Shown here piece after piece: positions 29,720-39,442 of a stretch of DNA of 59,826 nt (positions are counted from its first letter, which is position 1; each line of letters begins with the position of its first letter). The DNA comes from an archaeon (GTDB taxonomy: Archaea; EX4484-52; WAPT01), in assembly GCA_029258795.1 (NCBI GenBank), contig JAPDKB010000016.1, positions 1 through 59,826 of the forward strand, written 5' to 3'. The notes beneath the pieces were generated by a model that had not been told where the DNA came from, ran no database searches, and was given only the letters and a program-made list of their open reading frames with translations. Both the position numbers and the translations under genes were made by a program.

Positions 29720-30816
29720 GGGACGATGTTAGCGATGAGGAGATAATTGAAGCTTTGAGCGAGATAGGAAGGAAAGTGCTCATGCAGATGATGGAGGGCG
29801 AGAATCCCTACATAGAGATGAAGGTCAGAACGCTGTCAAACGTTTACTTCGATGAGAAGGAGAGGATAATCAAGCTTGGAGACATGACGCAGAAGCGCTA
29901 TTTTCTCAACGTTGGTCAGGCAAAGAAGTTCATGCAGACATTGCTTGTGGCCGAGAGGATAAAGTGGCTGCTGGAGCAGAACAGAAGCCTGAGTAAGAGG
30001 CAGCTTTTCTACACGCTGAAGCACACCATTCCGGGCACGAAAGAAAATACTTTTGATGAACAGGATGAGAGTGATGATGTGCTTGAGGATCTGGAAGTCA
30101 CGATTGACGTGCTTGTGGAGCGCTTTAACATCATAGCCGATTCCAAGGGTGTGATGGCTGGTCCGCTCGTGGTGGAGGATAAGGGCGATATAATAGATCT
30201 GACGAAGATGGGTAGCGCGGGTTATGCTGTGCCAGGTATAGTTGAACCGGATGTTGTCAAGTTCAAGGAGTGTTCAGCCGAGTATGTTCTTGTTGTTGAA
30301 AAAGCAGCTGTGTGGAATTTGCTTAATGAGGACAGGTACTGGGAGAAGGAGAACTGCATACTGCTTACAGGTAAGGGTCAGCCCTCCAGAGCTGAGCGCA
30401 GGATGGTGCATCGCTTGCACAAAGAGCTCGGCCTGCCCGTCTATGTTTTTACCGACATGGATCCGTGGGGATACTATATCTACTCCGTTTACAAGCAGGG
30501 CTCAATAAATCTGGCACATTTCTCCATGAAGTGTGGTGTGCCTGAAGCAAAGTTCATAGGGTTCTGCACATCTGATGTGAAAGAATTTGACATGCCGAGT
30601 GATGCCTTCATCAAGATGAAGGACATAGATTTCAAGAGAATCAAGGAACTGAAGAACTACGAGTGGTTCAAGAACAGGGAATGGCAGAAGGAGCTTGAAA
30701 ATTTAAGAAAGTTCGGCTACAAGATAGAGCAGGACGCTCTGGTTATGAAGGGACTGGAGTTCACGGCAAAGGAATACCTGCCAACCAAGATTGAGAACAG
30801 GATGTTTCTGCCGTGA
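29716..30816 (+). CDS. top6A: DNA topoisomerase VI subunit A (Spo11-like)
   Basis: RQLFYTLKH (catalytic Tyr), VVEKAA, TGKGQP, TDMDPWG; ATGA overlap with top6B. Confidence 0.97.
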   Translation: MRDDVSDEEIIEALSEIGRKVLMQMMEGENPYIEMKVRTLSNVYFDEKERIIKLGDMTQKRYFLNVGQAKKFMQTLLVAERIKWLLEQNRSLSKRQLFYTLKHTIPGTKENTFDEQDESDDVLEDLEVTIDVLVERFNIIADSKGVMAGPLVVEDKGDIIDLTKMGSAGYAVPGIVEPDVVKFKECSAEYVLVVEKAAVWNLLNEDRYWEKENCILLTGKGQPSRAERRMVHRLHKELGLPVYVFTDMDPWGYYIYSVYKQGSINLAHFSMKCGVPEAKFIGFCTSDVKEFDMPSDAFIKMKDIDFKRIKELKNYEWFKNREWQKELENLRKFGYKIEQDALVMKGLEFTAKEYLPTKIENRMFLP

Positions 30817-30827
30817 GGTGAAAAAGT

Positions 30828-31643
30828 GTGCTGAGGAATCTCCTTTATCTGTTCAGAAACATGCGGCTGTGGGACGGTAAGGGATATATCGGAATGCTGT
30901 TCTTGGGTTTGCTGCTGAACAAAACATTAATTCCTGTAAGAGAGCTGATGGCATTTGCCGCAGCATCCATGCTATTTGTTGGTTACGCTTTCAGCATAAA
31001 CAACTGCTTCGATGTTGACACGGACAGCGTGAACAAACGGAAGAAATCCAAGAATCCGGTTGCAAGCGGTGAGATCAGCAGGAGCGGTGCGATGCTCTTT
31101 TCTTTTATTCTTATCGCATCCGGAACCCTTATCGTTGCTCGTTTCTTCAGCAGAACCATGCTTTTGATTTATGTGATGATGGGTTTTCTTGCCACAATCT
31201 ACTCCGCACCGCCCAGACTTAAAGCCATACCGATACTGGATGTCGTGTCCCACGGCTTTTTCTTCGGAATGCTGCCCGTTTACTTCGGTGCTTATTATGA
31301 TGGAGCTCTCACAGCGAAAGAACTGTGGGTTGGAGTTGCCTTTTTCCTCTATTCCTGCTTCCTTCAGCTCAGGAATCTGCTTGAGGATTACAGGAGTGAC
31401 GCTGTCGCAGGCCTGCGCACAACTCCCGTGGTTGTCGGTCCCACCAGCTCCATCATTCTATCTGTGTTGAGCGGGGCACTGAGCAACATGCTTGCTGCAT
31501 GGATAATTGCAAGCTCTTATCCCATTCTTCTGGTTTTTTCTTTTTTGATTTTTGTTTTATTCGTGTTTTTGGGCAGAGAGAAACTCAACAGAATTTTGGA
31601 TTGCACCATGGTGATGCTATGCATCCTGCTGATCTTGGATTGA
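30828..31643 (+). CDS. UbiA-family prenyltransferase
   Basis: FSINNCFDVDTDSVN, NPVASG, YSAPPRLK, EDYRSDAVAGLRTTPV; multiple TM helices. Confidence 0.85.
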   Translation: MLRNLLYLFRNMRLWDGKGYIGMLFLGLLLNKTLIPVRELMAFAAASMLFVGYAFSINNCFDVDTDSVNKRKKSKNPVASGEISRSGAMLFSFILIASGTLIVARFFSRTMLLIYVMMGFLATIYSAPPRLKAIPILDVVSHGFFFGMLPVYFGAYYDGALTAKELWVGVAFFLYSCFLQLRNLLEDYRSDAVAGLRTTPVVVGPTSSIILSVLSGALSNMLAAWIIASSYPILLVFSFLIFVLFVFLGREKLNRILDCTMVMLCILLILD

Positions 31644-32518
31644 AGAAAAGATTCAGGTTGTTGAAGGAGTGCAGGTATGTAAGAATCCTGCAAACGCTGG
31701 CGGGAGTTCTCGCAATAATATATCTTTTAACGATGGTGAATGGTGAAGAGCTCCTGATCGCCACCAAAAAATTGACGCTGTCCAACATCATTTTATGCGG
31801 TTCCCTGTCGTTGATTCATCTCCTCGCTTCATCCATGAGATGGTACATCTTCATCCCGAAGGGACGGAAGAAAGAAGCTTCTTATTTCGATGTGGTCAGA
31901 GCAAACCTTCAGGCCCATTCTTTTTTGACATCTCTGCCTATGGGTGTGGGGCACCTGATCAAACCGAAGCTGCTTCCGGGAAAATATACGGGCAACCTTC
32001 TGTCGCTCATGTTAAGCCAGGCCATGGAGATGAACGCGCTGCTCTTCATTTTCATATTCATGAAGACCGGCGCTAAAGCGTGCGTAACCGCCATGATCGT
32101 CTGGATGCTGGCTGTTTTGGTCGGGAAGCGGGTAAGAGGGAGTCACAGGCTTTTGAAAAAAATCAGGAAGGCAACCTATGGCAGGCGGTGGTCGTGGCAC
32201 GAAGCACACGTATTTGCGGGTGTGATTTTGGGTGCGGTAACGCTGATGGCGCAGGCAACAGGGCTCGTTCTTTCCTTCAAATCGTTTGGAGTGGAGATAT
32301 CGATGAAGACGGCCATTCTTGCCGTGCTCTTCAGCCATGGTATGGGAGTCATCTCGCCATTTCCCGGAGGACTGGGAGGTAGCGAGCTCGGAATTGCTCT
32401 GGTAACGGGACAGACCACCACATCGGTTCTTGCTGCTTTTACCTACAAACTCATCTTTCAGTATGCTTACTCCGTTGCGGGGTCGTTGCTTCTCATTCGA
32501 AAGGGTGTTGAGAGGTAG
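31620..32518 (+). CDS. Lysylphosphatidylglycerol-synthase TM / flippase-like membrane protein (start uncertain)
   Basis: MRWYI, ISPFPGGLGGSE motif, polytopic hydrophobic pattern. Confidence 0.75.
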
Positions 32519-32525
32519 TGAGGTC

Positions 32526-33713
32526 ATGAGGGTTGCACTGGTGAGTGACTGGTACTATCCGGTCATAGGAGGTGTGGCAAGCCACATGCATTCTCTTGCG
32601 CTCAAACTCAGGGATAAGGGGCATGATGTCGCGATAGTAACCAATAACTGGGAGACGGGTAAGGAGGTTGAGCTTGAAGAAAAAGGTGTGGAGCTCATAA
32701 AGGTTGAGGGGAAGATCAGCCCGGTTGTGAGGGTGAATCTATCCGTGATGATGGGATCGATTCACACGCTAACAGAAACGATAAGTGACTTTGACGTTGT
32801 GCACGCGCACCACGCATTTGTACCGCTTTCCTTCCGGGCCCTAAGCGCCGCTGAGGAGCTTGGCATACCATCGGTGCTGACCACTCACACTATATCCTTT
32901 ATGCACGAGTTCAAGCTGTGGAAGGTGGTTGGAAAGCAGCTCTCCCTCGTTGGGGCGGGGATAGGTGATGCGAGGAAGATAATTGCCGTCAGCAATGCAG
33001 CAGCGAAATTCATAGAACACTTCCTGAAACCGGAGGAGAGGGAAAAGGTATGCGTGGTGCCAAATGGTGTGGATATCAACAGGTTCGTTTCACCAAAGCC
33101 GGAGGAAAAAGAGAGGATTAAGGAGGAGCTTGGCATAAACGCGGAGTGTGTTGTGCTCTACCTGAGCAGGATGAGCCTGAGAAAGGGTCCGAACATCCTT
33201 CTTAAAGCTTTTGGCAATCTTCTGAAGGAACTCGATGAGGAAAGGAGAAAGAACGTCAAGCTGATAATGGCCGGTGGGGGTGAGATGCTTCCGGCTCTCA
33301 AAGCGCAGGCAAAAATCCTTGGAATCGGGGAAAGTGTCGTATTTACGGGCAGGGTTGATGATGATATCGTGCCAAAGCTGTTCAGAATAGCTGACGTCTT
33401 TGTGCTTCCATCCATCACGGCCGAGGCGTTCGGTATGGTTATTCTTGAAGCCATGGCCTCCGGCATACCTGTCGTGGCAACAGAGGTGGGCGGCATACCG
33501 GAAATAGTGAAAAAATCGAAATGCGGGATTTTGGTTGAGCCGCTGAACGATGCTGAGCTGTCGAAAGCGGTCCTGAAACTGCTTGAGGATGAGGAGCTCC
33601 GCAGAAAGATGGGAAGAAAGGGAAGGTATGCCGCTGAGAAGCACTACAGCTGGGATGTTGTGACGGAGAACGTGTTGAAAATCTACAGGGAAGTCATGGA
33701 AGCTCGCTCGTAG
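32526..33713 (+). CDS. GT4 glycosyltransferase, PigA-like (GlcNAc-phosphatidylinositol synthesis family)
   Basis: MRVALVSDWYYPVIGGVASH, VPNGVD, RMSLRKG, EAFGMVILEAMASG. Confidence 0.85.
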   Translation: MRVALVSDWYYPVIGGVASHMHSLALKLRDKGHDVAIVTNNWETGKEVELEEKGVELIKVEGKISPVVRVNLSVMMGSIHTLTETISDFDVVHAHHAFVPLSFRALSAAEELGIPSVLTTHTISFMHEFKLWKVVGKQLSLVGAGIGDARKIIAVSNAAAKFIEHFLKPEEREKVCVVPNGVDINRFVSPKPEEKERIKEELGINAECVVLYLSRMSLRKGPNILLKAFGNLLKELDEERRKNVKLIMAGGGEMLPALKAQAKILGIGESVVFTGRVDDDIVPKLFRIADVFVLPSITAEAFGMVILEAMASGIPVVATEVGGIPEIVKKSKCGILVEPLNDAELSKAVLKLLEDEELRRKMGRKGRYAAEKHYSWDVVTENVLKIYREVMEARS

Positions 33714-33766
33714 CACTTTAAAACTTTTTAAACATTTTCTAGAAATAGATAATTTAGATTTCTGCT

Positions 33767-33842
33767 GCCCCCGTAGCTCAGCAGGTAGAGCGCGCGGCTG
33801 TTAACCGCGTTGTCCCAGGTTCGAGTCCTGGCGGGGGCGCCA
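33767..33842 (+). tRNA. tRNA-Asn(GTT), intronless, CCA encoded
   Basis: Acceptor GCCCCCG/CGGGGGC, anticodon arm CGCGG-CTGTTAA-CCGCG, T arm CCAGG-TTCGAGT-CCTGG. Confidence 0.97.
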
Positions 33843-33855
33843 TTTTGCTATTTCT

Positions 33856-34278
33856 TCACGGTACACCAAACCACACAAGCAATACGAAAAAGCACTGTCT
33901 CATCGCGAGCAGCAGTGGGAATTCCGTTTTTGTTTTGAGCTTGTAAACTGAGAGCCAGATGTTGAGCGAGAGCATCCAGAAAACCTGTGGATACGGCATG
34001 AAGATCAGCATCTCTGAAACCCTGTCACACGCTATATCCACCACATCATCGCCTTCTTTTCTTTCCATTCTCGCAGCCACACCATCCAGATAATCCAGGA
34101 ACCACACGCATCCGAGTATCATCACCGCCAGCGTTTTATTCAACACCCCGTAAAAATACAGCACGGGATAAAGAGCACTCACAACCACAGAGATCCGGCT
34201 GATGATATTCGCTTTCGGTAACGGTATTCCTTCCCACAACACATCTAGAACTTTATAGTGGCGAGTCCAGAAGCCCAT
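33856..34278 (-). CDS. Short CDP-alcohol phosphatidyltransferase-family protein
   Basis: ANIIS..., DYLDGVAAR...G...DIACDRVSE motif. Confidence 0.75.
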   Translation of the reverse strand: MGFWTRHYKVLDVLWEGIPLPKANIISRISVVVSALYPVLYFYGVLNKTLAVMILGCVWFLDYLDGVAARMERKEGDDVVDIACDRVSEMLIFMPYPQVFWMLSLNIWLSVYKLKTKTEFPLLLAMRQCFFVLLVWFGVP

Positions 34279-34628
34279 ACCATCACGCTCATCACCGCTT
34301 TTATCTTCAGGGAAAGGTTGTAGTCCACCTTTTTCTCAATGAAAGGGTAGAAAGGTCTCGTTTCCCCAGTAACAAAATCAAGGAAGATGTGGGTGATCAC
34401 GCCGCAGGCAAAAAGGTGGTGGTGCGTGAGGGATGCTATCAAAACCACCAGCGAAAGAAATGGCAGCTCGTGAAACCACGTTCTCGATTCCGCCCTCCTG
34501 AACTTTCGCTTGGCATACACATACACCTTGTCCAGATCAGGGAACAGGCTTCCAAAAGTGAGTTCCTTTGAGAAAATGAGCGTTCCCGTCATGAAATGCG
34601 CAAGTATGACATGACTGACAAAATCCAT
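34245..34628 (-). CDS. Membrane metal-dependent hydrolase (YdjM-like)
   Basis: SHVIL, GSLFPDLD, RTWFHE, HIFLDFVT, PFYPF. Confidence 0.75.
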   Translation of the reverse strand: MDFVSHVILAHFMTGTLIFSKELTFGSLFPDLDKVYVYAKRKFRRAESRTWFHELPFLSLVVLIASLTHHHLFACGVITHIFLDFVTGETRPFYPFIEKKVDYNLSLKIKAVMSVMVWASGLATIKF

Positions 34629-34682
34629 GGATGTAACGCGGATGGCAATCTACTTATCTTTTATGGTGATAGGTAAAATATT

Positions 34683-35101
34683 ATGGATGAAGATTCGTCC
34701 TATGATGTAAAACAGCACGAGAGGATAGCGGAGATTCTTTATGATGTGGCGCGGGTAACCGATCTACCGCAGGACTCATCACAGATTTATTCCCGCCTCA
34801 GGCAGACAATCAGGGACATGCGAACCGTGCTGAGAGCTGTGGCAAACTGCGAGTACAGGATGGGGGTCATCCTTCCTGGGAACTGTGGTACGGGCACATA
34901 AAGGAGTGCGATGATGGAAAGATGTTCTATCCTGAATTCGTGGTGATGCTACGCAAGTGTGAAGAGTGTGGGTATGTGGAAAGAAGGGAGGATGGATCAT
35001 TTCATATCACGGAGAAGGGTATGGAAATTCTGAAGTACGTGGATGAAGAAGCTCTCAAAGAACACGTTGATTTCGTGGTGAGGTGGACGATGCGGAGGTG
35101 A
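34683..35101 (+). pseudogene. Probable frameshifted winged-helix protein (or two small ORFs, 34683..34901 and 34922..35101)
   Basis: The -1 frame is open 34745..35101 and encodes ...PSWELWYGHIKE...LRKCEECGYVERREDGSFHITEKGMEIL; one extra G in the G5 run at 34862-34866 joins both frames into 139 aa. Confidence 0.5.
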
Positions 35102-35181
35102 TCCAAGCTGTTCTTTTCTATCCTCCATTTAAAATTTAAAAAATGAATCCACCAAAAATTACGGTTGTTATTGCTGAGAAT

Positions 35182-35258
35182 GGGGCGGTAGCTCAGCCTG
35201 GGAGAGCGCGCGGCTGAAGACCGCGGTGTCCGGGGTTCGAATCCCCGCCGCCCCACCA
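35182..35258 (+). tRNA. tRNA-Phe(GAA), intronless, CCA encoded
   Basis: Acceptor GGGGCGG/CCGCCCC, anticodon arm CGCGG-CTGAAGA-CCGCG, T arm CGGGG-TTCGAAT-CCCCG. Confidence 0.97.
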
Positions 35259-35294
35259 TGACTTTAAAAAATTTCCCGGCATTTTCTATTTCTT

Positions 35295-35888
35295 ATGGCA
35301 GGAAAGGAAGAGGGCGAAAAAAAGCAGAAAAGCAAGATAATAGCTCATGCTGAGCTCCTGCAGAACAGGGTTATAGTTTGGGATGAGGAGGAAGGTAACA
35401 GAATCTACAGCGAGAAGTACTTCGGAAAGTGGATTGAGGAAGAGAAGGTTAAGTTCTTGCAGCTGATGCTGGAAGAAGCTATGCTTCTCCTTGAGAGGGG
35501 TTTTATCGAGATAAAGGAGGGCAGGAAAAAGCTGGATGTGAAGGAGTTCTACAGGAGATGCTGCGAGATCGATCCTGAATTTCCGTTCAAGTACATAGTT
35601 TACAGGGATCTGAGAAATCGCGGCTTCATAGTTAAATCCGGCTTCAAGTTCGGCACGCACTTCAGGGTTTATGAGAGGGGTGTCAACCCTTACAAGAAGG
35701 GGGAGAAGAGTCCAAGAGAGCACACCAAGTACAACGTGCATGCTGTACCTGAGAACGTTGACTGGAGTCTTGCTGATCTTTCAAGATTCGTGAGGCTCAG
35801 CCAGAACATAAGAGCAAAGCCATTGCTCGCTGTTGTGGATGAGGAAGGTAGTGTTACGTACTACATCATAAAGCATGTCAGTCCGTAA
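35295..35888 (+). CDS. endA: tRNA-splicing endonuclease (single-unit, alpha4-type size)
   Basis: LEEAMLL, VYRDLRNRGFIVKSGFKFGTHFRVY, AVVDEEGSVTYY. Confidence 0.92.
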   Translation: MAGKEEGEKKQKSKIIAHAELLQNRVIVWDEEEGNRIYSEKYFGKWIEEEKVKFLQLMLEEAMLLLERGFIEIKEGRKKLDVKEFYRRCCEIDPEFPFKYIVYRDLRNRGFIVKSGFKFGTHFRVYERGVNPYKKGEKSPREHTKYNVHAVPENVDWSLADLSRFVRLSQNIRAKPLLAVVDEEGSVTYYIIKHVSP

Positions 35889-35919
35889 AAAAATTAATCC
35901 CCTTACTGAAAAAACACAA

Positions 35920-37464
35920 TCAGGGTTTCTTTAATTCCCCAAACCTCATTTCTCCTTCTATCAGCTTTTCCAGAATACTTGGAAGCTCGTCAATCTTGAC
36001 TCTCACCTGCTCCCTGCTATCCCTATCCCTTATCGTCACCGTACCATCCTCAAGCGTGTCATAATCTATGGTTACACAATAGGGTGTGCCTATCTCATCC
36101 TGCCTTGCATACCTCCGCCCTATGCTTCCCTTCTCATCGTAAAATGCAGCGAATTTTTTCTTCAGCATCTCATAAACATCTCTGGCTTTTTCTGACAGCC
36201 CATCCTTGCTCACGAGCGGGAACACCGCAACCTTGTATGGCGCGAGTTTCGGATGGAGTTTCAAAACAACCCTTCCATCCTCCTCATGATAGGCATCGAT
36301 TATGAAGACGAGGAATGCTCTGTCCACACCCTGCGATGGCTCAGCAACAACATAAGGCACCACTTTCTTTTTTGTCTCCTCATCAAAATAGGTCAGGTCT
36401 TTCCCGCTGAACTTCATGTGCTGCTGCAGATCATAAGTTGTTCTGTTGGCTATGCCGTGTATTTCCTTCCAGCCGAATGGAAACTTGTACTCTATGTCCC
36501 ACGTGTCAAGGGCATAGTGGCTCCTCTCCTCTGGCAGATGTTGTCTTATCCTGAGCTTTTCCGGGTTGACGCCAAGGTCCACAAACCACTTATACATCTC
36601 ATATAGCCAGTAGGCATGCCACCTCGTCTTGATTATGTTCTTATCCAGCGCTTCACAGATTGTCATTTTTTTGTGGCTCTCGCCCTTCTCCTGCATTTCA
36701 GCAGAAAGCACATTCATCTCGAAGTCCAGAATCTCATCAGTTAAATATGGGCAGTCGTTCACCTTATCAGGATGTATAAAATACTCAATCTCCATCTGTT
36801 CGAACTCCCTCATGCGAAACAGAAAGTTGCGCGGGCTTATCTCGTTTCTGTATGCCCTGCCCATCTGCGCTATACCGAACGGAAGCTTGACGCGCGTTGT
36901 TTCCATAATGAGCTTGAAATTGGTGAACATCAGCTGGGCTGTCTCCGGCCTCAAATATGCTATGCTGCTCTCATCTTCAGTTGGCCCAACGAAGGTCTTG
37001 AACATCAGGTTGAATGTTCTTGCAGGAGTGAGCTCACCACCACATTTAGGGCATTTTATGTTATGCTTCTTTATCATCTCATTTATCTGCTCGATTGTTA
37101 TGCCATCAACCGCTATTCCAACAGCATCCTCAATTAAATGATCTGCTCTATGCCTCGTGTGGCATTTCTTGCACTCAACAAGCGGGTCAACGAAGCTGTC
37201 AACATGTCCAGAAGCTTTCCAAACCATGGGATGGTTGATGGTACATGCATCTATACCCACAACATCGTCACGCTGCCTTACAAACCTGTTCCACCACTCA
37301 TCCTTGATGTTCTTTTTGAGCTCCACTCCCAAAGGTCCGTAATCGTAAAAGCCCGCAAAACCACCATATATCTCGCAGGAAGGATAGACAAAGCCCTTCC
37401 TCTTGCAGAATGTGGCTATTTTTTGGATGAAAGTTTTCATTTCCTTTTCGTCAACTTCAGCCAT
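35920..37464 (-). CDS. glyS: Glycine--tRNA ligase (alpha2, archaeal/eukaryotic type)
   Basis: YDYGPLG, YLRPETAQ, RNEISPR, REFEQMEIE, EPSQGVDR, SIGRRYARQDEIG. Confidence 0.97.
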   Translation of the reverse strand: MAEVDEKEMKTFIQKIATFCKRKGFVYPSCEIYGGFAGFYDYGPLGVELKKNIKDEWWNRFVRQRDDVVGIDACTINHPMVWKASGHVDSFVDPLVECKKCHTRHRADHLIEDAVGIAVDGITIEQINEMIKKHNIKCPKCGGELTPARTFNLMFKTFVGPTEDESSIAYLRPETAQLMFTNFKLIMETTRVKLPFGIAQMGRAYRNEISPRNFLFRMREFEQMEIEYFIHPDKVNDCPYLTDEILDFEMNVLSAEMQEKGESHKKMTICEALDKNIIKTRWHAYWLYEMYKWFVDLGVNPEKLRIRQHLPEERSHYALDTWDIEYKFPFGWKEIHGIANRTTYDLQQHMKFSGKDLTYFDEETKKKVVPYVVAEPSQGVDRAFLVFIIDAYHEEDGRVVLKLHPKLAPYKVAVFPLVSKDGLSEKARDVYEMLKKKFAAFYDEKGSIGRRYARQDEIGTPYCVTIDYDTLEDGTVTIRDRDSREQVRVKIDELPSILEKLIEGEMRFGELKKP

Positions 37465-37560
37465 GCTTTCCCCCTCACTACCGGATTTTGATTATTGGTA
37501 ACGTTTAAATTTAAAAAACTACATAAATCAGGCAAAGCCAAATCAAGAGGTGTTAGGAGC

Positions 37561-38280
37561 ATGCGCTACAGAATAATAGGCAAGCCATCCTACAGTCTGG
37601 TTGAGGCTTATCTTGATGCCGGGGAGGAGATAGTGGCTGAGGCAGGAGCCATGGCTTACATGAAGAATGTGGAGATGGTGACAGAAACTGGAGGAGTTGG
37701 TGGAGCTATAAAGAGAAGCTTGCTCGGTGGAGAGAGCTTCTTCCTGAACAGGTATAGATGTATGGCTGGAAAGGGTGTTGTTGGACTCGCCCCAAACTAT
37801 CCCGGAGATGTTGAGCTTGTGGAAGTGAGCGGCACGCTTTACGTGCAGAGCGGGTCATTTCTCGCTGGAGCGCCAACACTCAACATAGACATAAAGTGGG
37901 GCGGAGCAAAAGCGTTTTTCAGTGGAGAAGGGCTTTTCCTGCTCAAGATAAGCGGAACGGGATGGCTTTTCATTTCCTCCTTCGGCGGGCTGGAAAGAAT
38001 TGACTTGCAGAACGATGAAATAACGGTTGATACCGGGCACATAGTTGCATTTACCGAAGGGCTTGAGTGGAGCGTTGGTAAGGCAGGAAACCTCAAATCG
38101 CTCTTTTTCAGCGGGGAGGGGCTCGTTGCGAGGTTTAGGGGCACCGGCTCCATCTGGGTGCAGACGAGAACAACAGACGGCTTCCTGTACTGGGTTGCGT
38201 CGCACCTCCAGCACAGCGGAAAGAGCAAGGCAGCTATTGCAGGAGGTTTGCTTGGAGCCCTGATGGCCGGCAAAAAATGA
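37561..38280 (+). CDS. TIGR00266/AIM24 family protein
   Basis: AEAGAM, GGESFFLN, GEGLFL, VDTGHIVAF, SGEGLV..F.G.G..WVQTR; start ATG 37561. Confidence 0.9.
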   Translation: MRYRIIGKPSYSLVEAYLDAGEEIVAEAGAMAYMKNVEMVTETGGVGGAIKRSLLGGESFFLNRYRCMAGKGVVGLAPNYPGDVELVEVSGTLYVQSGSFLAGAPTLNIDIKWGGAKAFFSGEGLFLLKISGTGWLFISSFGGLERIDLQNDEITVDTGHIVAFTEGLEWSVGKAGNLKSLFFSGEGLVARFRGTGSIWVQTRTTDGFLYWVASHLQHSGKSKAAIAGGLLGALMAGKK

Positions 38281-38347
38281 AGGATTTAAAAAGCATTTTC
38301 TGCTTATTTTTACCTATCGTTTTTCATGCTGAAAGGGTGATTGCTGA

Positions 38348-39442
38348 ATGGTAAAGCTCGATCCCTGGGGTTCAGCGCAGGTAAAGAGCTATAAAAAGCT
38401 GATGAAGGAATTCGGCATCCAGCCGTTCAGTGAGATACTTAACAAGCTTGATGACCCACACCCTTACATGAAAAGAGGTATAATATACGGGCACAGAGAT
38501 TTTGGGAGGGTTGCAGAAGCGATGAAAAAACATGAGAAGTTTGCAATGATGACCGGCTTCATGCCATCTGGTAAAGCACACCTTGGCCACAGAATGCTGA
38601 TGGATCAGATAGTGTGGTACCAGAAAAAGCGCGCTTTGGTTTACGTTTGCATAGCAGATGTTGAGGCGTACACCGTCAGGAGGATAAGCAGGAAGGACTG
38701 TCTGAAGTTTGGAATGGATTATCTTGCTTATCTTGCAGCAATGGGTCTCGATGCCACCAAAGCTGTGCTGTACTTCCAGAGCGGGAAAGATGGCAAGTAT
38801 CATGCTTTCAGCAAGCTCGCAGCAAGGAAGGTCACGTTCAACGAGCTTGAGGCTATCTATGGGAGCCTGACCCCCGGCAAGATAGTATCAGCCCTGACGC
38901 AGGTGGCTGACATTTTGCTCCCGCAGCTGGAGCATGGTGCCATGCCAACGGTTGTGCCCGTTGGCTCGGATCAGGATCCGCACATGAGGTTAACGAGAGA
39001 TATAGCCGCGAGGACGAAAGCTGAGTATGGCTTCATACTTCCAAGCTCAACGTACCACAAGTTCCAGACCGGGCTTGATGGTGGAAAGATGAGCTCCTCA
39101 AAGCCCTCTTCCTTCATAGCGCTTGATGAGGACGAAAAAAGCATAAAAAAGAAGGTGATGAATGCTGTTACCGGTGGAAGGATAACGCTGGAGGAGCAGA
39201 AAAAGCTGGGGGGAAATCCGGATGTATGCACGGTTTTTGAACTATTCGCTTACCATGTTGAAAAGAATGATAAAGAACTGAACAGGATTTATGATGAGTG
39301 TAAAGCTGGCAAAAGGTTGTGCGGGCCATGTAAGAAAGAATGTGCCGAAAAACTGGCTGCGATGTTAAAGGATTTAAATGAGAAAAAGGAAGTGGAGAAG
39401 GAAAGGATAAAAGAATTCGTGGTGCTGCCGGATGGAGCTTGA
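38348..39442 (+). CDS. trpS: Tryptophan--tRNA ligase
   Basis: LDPWG, GFMPSGKAHLGH, QVADIL, DQDPH, KMSSS, TGGR. Confidence 0.95.
   Translation: MVKLDPWGSAQVKSYKKLMKEFGIQPFSEILNKLDDPHPYMKRGIIYGHRDFGRVAEAMKKHEKFAMMTGFMPSGKAHLGHRMLMDQIVWYQKKRALVYVCIADVEAYTVRRISRKDCLKFGMDYLAYLAAMGLDATKAVLYFQSGKDGKYHAFSKLAARKVTFNELEAIYGSLTPGKIVSALTQVADILLPQLEHGAMPTVVPVGSDQDPHMRLTRDIAARTKAEYGFILPSSTYHKFQTGLDGGKMSSSKPSSFIALDEDEKSIKKKVMNAVTGGRITLEEQKKLGGNPDVCTVFELFAYHVEKNDKELNRIYDECKAGKRLCGPCKKECAEKLAAMLKDLNEKKEVEKERIKEFVVLPDGA

Noticed and set aside
33767-35258. Possible integrative element between tRNA-Asn and tRNA-Phe
   Set aside because: No duplicated tRNA 3' end, no integrase, and composition is similar to the flanks
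35002-35259. 85-aa minus-strand ORF (MVGRRGFEPRTPRSS...)
   Set aside because: It is the antisense reading of tRNA-Phe, a classic spurious ORF
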